The position numbers and the translations under genes are program-made. A stretch of DNA of 42,745 nt. Origin: a virus. This document shows positions 39,673 through 42,745 of the stretch, one piece after another (within the stretch, counting starts at the first letter, position 1; each line of letters starts with the position of its first letter). The notes beneath the pieces are model-generated. The model searched no databases and was not told the DNA's origin. It saw nothing but the letters and a program-made list of their open reading frames with translations. Where the stretch lies: IMG/VR virus record IMGVR_UViG_3300019849_000002, positions 1-42,745 of that record. One strand, given 5' to 3'.

Positions 39673-39799
39673 AGCACCAACCCTCTTCTATAGCTATGTA
39701 GTAAGTTTTACCACTAAGCATTTTCCTTTTCTTTCCGCAACCATAACACCATACAGGTAACGTGTCGTAACGATAAGTGTGCGCACTGATACCACTCAT
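39596..39799 (-). CDS. Small zinc-ribbon protein (67 aa)
   Basis: WCYGCGKK...WCCENCGYIY gives two CxxC pairs; ATGA overlap upstream. Confidence 0.6.
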   Translation of the reverse strand: MSGISAHTYRYDTLPVWCYGCGKKRKMLSGKTYYIAIEEGWCCENCGYIYPKSFRKMGSKNKREDTF

Positions 39800-40050
39800 T
39801 TAATAAAGCCTAGCACCTCTTTTATTTCACGTTCTTTTTCTTTCATTCCAGCTTGATAAGCTACGTTCATCATTTTAGCTACAGACTCAGCTTGCTCTAA
39901 TGTATGAAAATTTCTGTTAGGATACTCTGCCCAAGAATAGTAACCGAGTCCTTGGCCCGGACCAGTAACACAGAAACTGCCGCAACCGTATGCTTCTCTG
40001 TCTTTTAAACTAGCTCCATTTATAGTAGCTGTATAAACATCTTTAGTCAT
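39796..40050 (-). CDS. Hypothetical protein (84 aa)
   Basis: Start moved to ATG 40050 (MTKDVYTAT) with SD AAGGAAA. The track extension to 40092 would overlap the DNA polymerase 3' end and reads through a degenerate palindrome. Confidence 0.65.
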   Translation of the reverse strand: MTKDVYTATINGASLKDREAYGCGSFCVTGPGQGLGYYSWAEYPNRNFHTLEQAESVAKMMNVAYQAGMKEKEREIKEVLGFIK

Positions 40051-40057
40051 TTTTATT

Positions 40058-40073
40058 TCCTTGTCGTTAGGGA
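40058..40073. repeat. PAL16 degenerate copy
   Basis: The sense strand reads TAG-TCCCT-aacgac-AAGGA. It abuts the polymerase stop, 7 nt upstream of ATG 40050. Confidence 0.5.
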
Positions 40074-41927
40074 CTACGGTTTTGCAGCCCAAGTTGTTCC
40101 TATTGCATGATCAGTGAGGTTGTCTGTACTAGTGCCGGGGAAAATATCTAGCCAGCCATCTCTCATACCTAATAGCTGTTGTGTCATAGCCGCCTCAGCG
40201 TCATCTTTATGAGCATGAGAAATCAGTTCGTCGTGTACTGTAATAGCCATAAACGCATCAAGATCATATTTGATAAATCTTTCTCTAGTGCGAATCATAG
40301 CTCTATACATTACAGAGCCAGCAGCAGCTTGAATAGGATAGTTAGCAGCAATGGGCATTGATCTATCAGCTTTATTTACATAGATAGTTCTACCGTCGCA
40401 GACAGGCAAAAAGCCATCTATCATCATCAGATCAAACATTTGCTCCCTGTAGTTATAAGCTTTAGGATAACGTTGAGCCCATAGCATAATAGCTTCTTCT
40501 GCTTCTTCAAAAGTACATTTAAGAACGTCAGACAATGCAGCAGCACCAGCACCATATAGCAACTGGAAAGTAAACCCTTTAGCTTTAGAGCGTTGTTCTT
40601 TAATAACTGGATATATATTCGCATATCCACCAGCACCTTCACTCTTAAGCACTTCTAAAACATATTCATAATCATGACCATACAATTGCGCAGCAGACGC
40701 AGAGTGTACATCGCCATAAACAGCATCTTCTAATAGTACTTCATCACCGCTTAATTCTGCTAGTACACGGATTTCGATACCTGAATAGTCTGCGAGACAG
40801 AGTAGTCTTTCTCCTGAAGGTGTAACAAACGCTCTACGTACAACAGGCTTGCGAGGTATGTTTTGGAGGTTCGACGAGGAGGAAGAAAAACGACAAGTTT
40901 TTGCGGCTGCGATATTAAAAGACGAATAAATTCGTCCTGCCAAGTTTTGCTTTGTAATGAGTGTTTCGCCGTAAGTTGACAAGTATTTTTTGTGGTACTT
41001 GTATCGAGCCAGTGCAACGAGCCAACGCGAGAAAGGATAGTTGACCCTGCGAGCGACGGAGAGTAGATATTTACTTTCAAGCTTTAACCTCTTCTTTTTA
41101 GTTGTGCGCGGCCATTTAGCAAGCAGATGCTCTGGTAGCTCATTCTCAAGAAACTTGCCTATCTGAACGTCACTTCCTAGGTTAGTAATAATCTCTTTAG
41201 GAGTAAAACGTCTAAGCACAGCTTCTGCTATCTTAAACTTTTTATCCCATACAGATACTAGTCCCCGGTGATAGGGAATATTAAGTTTAATACCTTCTGC
41301 TTCACATTCTAAAGTGGGACGAACTGCCTCATCAAATATGAAGTATGCAGCTTCCTGTTGTTCTGTTGTAGTTTCTTCTAGCCAATGGCAAACTAGCTTC
41401 CAAGTAACGTATCCATCAAAACCAGCATAGTTTATCTGGCTTTCTGTAAGCCTTGGCTGAGACCAATCGCTAGCTTGTTCTCCTTTATCTAGCTTAATAT
41501 TCAATTCTCTAGCCATCATAGCTAGACTAGCTGGACCACCGCCCATCTTTGCTTTCTTAAGAAATTGAACGTCTCTTACGTCTGTACGATCATGCCCAAA
41601 TGCATGATCTATCCATGTAATTTCAAATTTAGAATAAAAAGCGTACCATTCTATACCTTGAAAATCTTCTGCGTAATCTTCCAAAGGTCCTAAAAAATCG
41701 TGATCTATGAGAAATTGACAATCATCGTTACAGACAGAAGTAAGCCTAATTCTGCCTCCATTAGATGTTGGATAAAGGGCGGTAGTTTCAAAGTCAATAG
41801 CAGCAATACCGCTTTCTTTGACTTTAGCAAACAGCGCATGGGCTTCTTCAACTGTTTCGACAATACGACAGTTCTTAATACTCTTACGTAGTTCTTGCTC
41901 TGTTGTCTTTTCTACCACCCCCTGCAT
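40074..41927 (-). CDS. Family-A DNA polymerase with 3'-5' exonuclease domain
   Basis: 617 aa. Motifs are ExoI AIDFETT, motif A DYSGIEIRVLA, motif B RSKAKGFTFQLLYG and motif C VHDELI. Confidence 0.9.
   Translation of the reverse strand: MQGVVEKTTEQELRKSIKNCRIVETVEEAHALFAKVKESGIAAIDFETTALYPTSNGGRIRLTSVCNDDCQFLIDHDFLGPLEDYAEDFQGIEWYAFYSKFEITWIDHAFGHDRTDVRDVQFLKKAKMGGGPASLAMMARELNIKLDKGEQASDWSQPRLTESQINYAGFDGYVTWKLVCHWLEETTTEQQEAAYFIFDEAVRPTLECEAEGIKLNIPYHRGLVSVWDKKFKIAEAVLRRFTPKEIITNLGSDVQIGKFLENELPEHLLAKWPRTTKKKRLKLESKYLLSVARRVNYPFSRWLVALARYKYHKKYLSTYGETLITKQNLAGRIYSSFNIAAAKTCRFSSSSSNLQNIPRKPVVRRAFVTPSGERLLCLADYSGIEIRVLAELSGDEVLLEDAVYGDVHSASAAQLYGHDYEYVLEVLKSEGAGGYANIYPVIKEQRSKAKGFTFQLLYGAGAAALSDVLKCTFEEAEEAIMLWAQRYPKAYNYREQMFDLMMIDGFLPVCDGRTIYVNKADRSMPIAANYPIQAAAGSVMYRAMIRTRERFIKYDLDAFMAITVHDELISHAHKDDAEAAMTQQLLGMRDGWLDIFPGTSTDNLTDHAIGTTWAAKP
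41262..41277. repeat. PAL16 copy
   Basis: tcccc-ggtgat-aggga; inside the polymerase CDS. Confidence 0.9.
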
Positions 41928-42349
41928 TATGTTAACACCGCCTTCAACTGGTCAGAATAAGTCACAATGTGATCAGCCATAAGAGCCATTAGTTCTGGTT
42001 CTTCTCCATCACAAGTGTAAATAATGAGTCTCTTGCCTCTGCCTTTTGCGTAACCGCCCTCAAGGTGAGCAGACCTTCCACAAGGCAAAAGCAACACGCA
42101 AGTATCACACCACTCTAGAGCACGCATGTCAGATAAAAATCCATGAGATGCTATAGGAGTATTAAGAGCATCTACATATTCATCAGCATCCCAATTTTTC
42201 CAATTAGGATCAATGTCTGACCAAGAAAAGCCTGTCTTTCCCAGAGGGTTTCTAAAGTCATATACCAAATGACCCCAAGACTTTAAAATCTCTACCATTT
42301 CAGGCTGTTGCTCGTTTCTCCAAGAAGAAGCTAGATAAATGCGTCTCAT
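41927..42349 (-). CDS. Nucleoside 2-deoxyribosyltransferase-like protein
   Basis: 140 aa. RIYLASSWRN ... CGRSAHLEGGYAKGRGKRLIIY resembles the NDT/Rcl fold signature (IYLAGP ... DxGTxxExGyAxaxGKP). Confidence 0.6.
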   Translation of the reverse strand: MRRIYLASSWRNEQQPEMVEILKSWGHLVYDFRNPLGKTGFSWSDIDPNWKNWDADEYVDALNTPIASHGFLSDMRALEWCDTCVLLLPCGRSAHLEGGYAKGRGKRLIIYTCDGEEPELMALMADHIVTYSDQLKAVLT

Positions 42350-42600
42350 TCTTTCTTCTCCCCAGCGTCAGGGACATTCGCATTCTGTAAGGAACGATCC
42401 ACAAGGTTAAACATGTGCTGAATCCACAAGAGGGCGGTATCGAGTTGTCGCAAAGATGCGTCGCGCTCGTAACATTCTGGCATTTGGCGCAATACATCAT
42501 AGATTGTATCACTAGCCTGCCCAAGCTCTTTTCTCAGTTCCTCTAGAGAAATGTCCTGTACAGTCTCAGCTTTCTTGACTTTCTCAGTCTGTTCTTTCAT
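42346..42600 (-). CDS. Hypothetical protein (84 aa)
   Basis: Track ORF with ATGA overlaps at both ends. Its C-terminal NVPDAGEKKE is encoded by a PAL16 copy. Confidence 0.7.
   Translation of the reverse strand: MKEQTEKVKKAETVQDISLEELRKELGQASDTIYDVLRQMPECYERDASLRQLDTALLWIQHMFNLVDRSLQNANVPDAGEKKE
42359..42374. repeat. PAL16 copy
   Basis: tcccc-agcgtc-aggga; sense arm TGGGGAGA lies 9 nt upstream of ATG 42349. Confidence 0.9.
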
Positions 42601-42745
42601 GGATTATATACCTCCCAATCTTCTGCGAACATATCGCCATTGCTACAAAGCCAAGGAATAAGATCATCTCCGGGTGTTACACAATAAATGTAACGGCCTG
42701 TCATTTTACTTTTAGGACTAGGCTCCTGCATTTTGATATAGACGA
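42597..42745 (-). CDS. DUF2829-like (Tad2-like) protein, C-terminal part (runs off the window; same gene as 1..189)
   Basis: Stop TGA at 42599..42597 overlaps ATG 42600 of the next gene. 42627..42745 duplicates 1..119. Confidence 0.6.
   Translation of the reverse strand, partial: VYIKMQEPSPKSKMTGRYIYCVTPGDDLIPWLCSNGDMFAEDWEVYNP
42627..42745. repeat. Terminal overlap, copy 2 (identical to 1..119)
   Basis: Verbatim repeat of the first 119 nt. Confidence 0.97.

Overview
The window is a complete, circularly closed phage genome. Its unique length is 42,626 bp, and nt 1-119 recur verbatim at 42627-42745. It looks like a short-tailed (podovirus-like), apparently lytic dsDNA phage of a Gram-negative host. 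About 66 protein genes lie in two divergent arms that leave a ~0.5-kb non-coding control region (11849-12386). The leftward arm runs from 11848 down to 1 and continues across the junction from 42626 down to 37140. It carries early and regulatory genes (454-aa acidic protein, DUF2786-like, RHH, NrdR-like Zn ribbon) and a replication-recombination block (SNF2 helicase, Cas4-like Fe-S nuclease, DUF2829/Tad2-like, nucleoside deoxyribosyltransferase-like, family-A DNA polymerase, RusA, prim-pol/helicase). The rightward arm (12387-37156) carries a GC-rich ORF (possible TerS), TerL, three tiny basic proteins, a 928-aa beta-helix protein, portal, scaffold and an SU10-type capsid protein. It also carries a holin/amidase/spanin lysis cassette embedded among virion genes, fibre-like proteins including three tandem paralogues, and four large ejection-type proteins, one with an M15 peptidase domain. 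I recognised no tRNA, rRNA, CRISPR, integrase, phage RNA polymerase, tape measure or sheath. Sigma70-type promoters and two clean intrinsic terminators are visible. The outstanding signal is a 16-18 bp interrupted palindrome, sTCCCY-N6-RGGGAs (consensus GTCCCYA-N4-TRGGGAC, called PAL16 here). I found at least 47 canonical copies plus about 9 variants, against about 0.16 expected by chance. They are spread over the whole genome with no gap above ~2 kb. Roughly half sit at gene junctions, where the downstream arm doubles as the Shine-Dalgarno sequence. At least 21 are buried inside ORFs in all three frames. Secondary signals are a repeat-dense 0.5-kb non-coding hub upstream of the packaging genes, a GC-rich island, promoter-associated conserved boxes and iteron-like repeats. 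Everything was done by eye from the sequence and ORF track. Family names are recalled patterns, not search results. Manual scanning may have missed copies, and coordinates of short elements could be off by a base.
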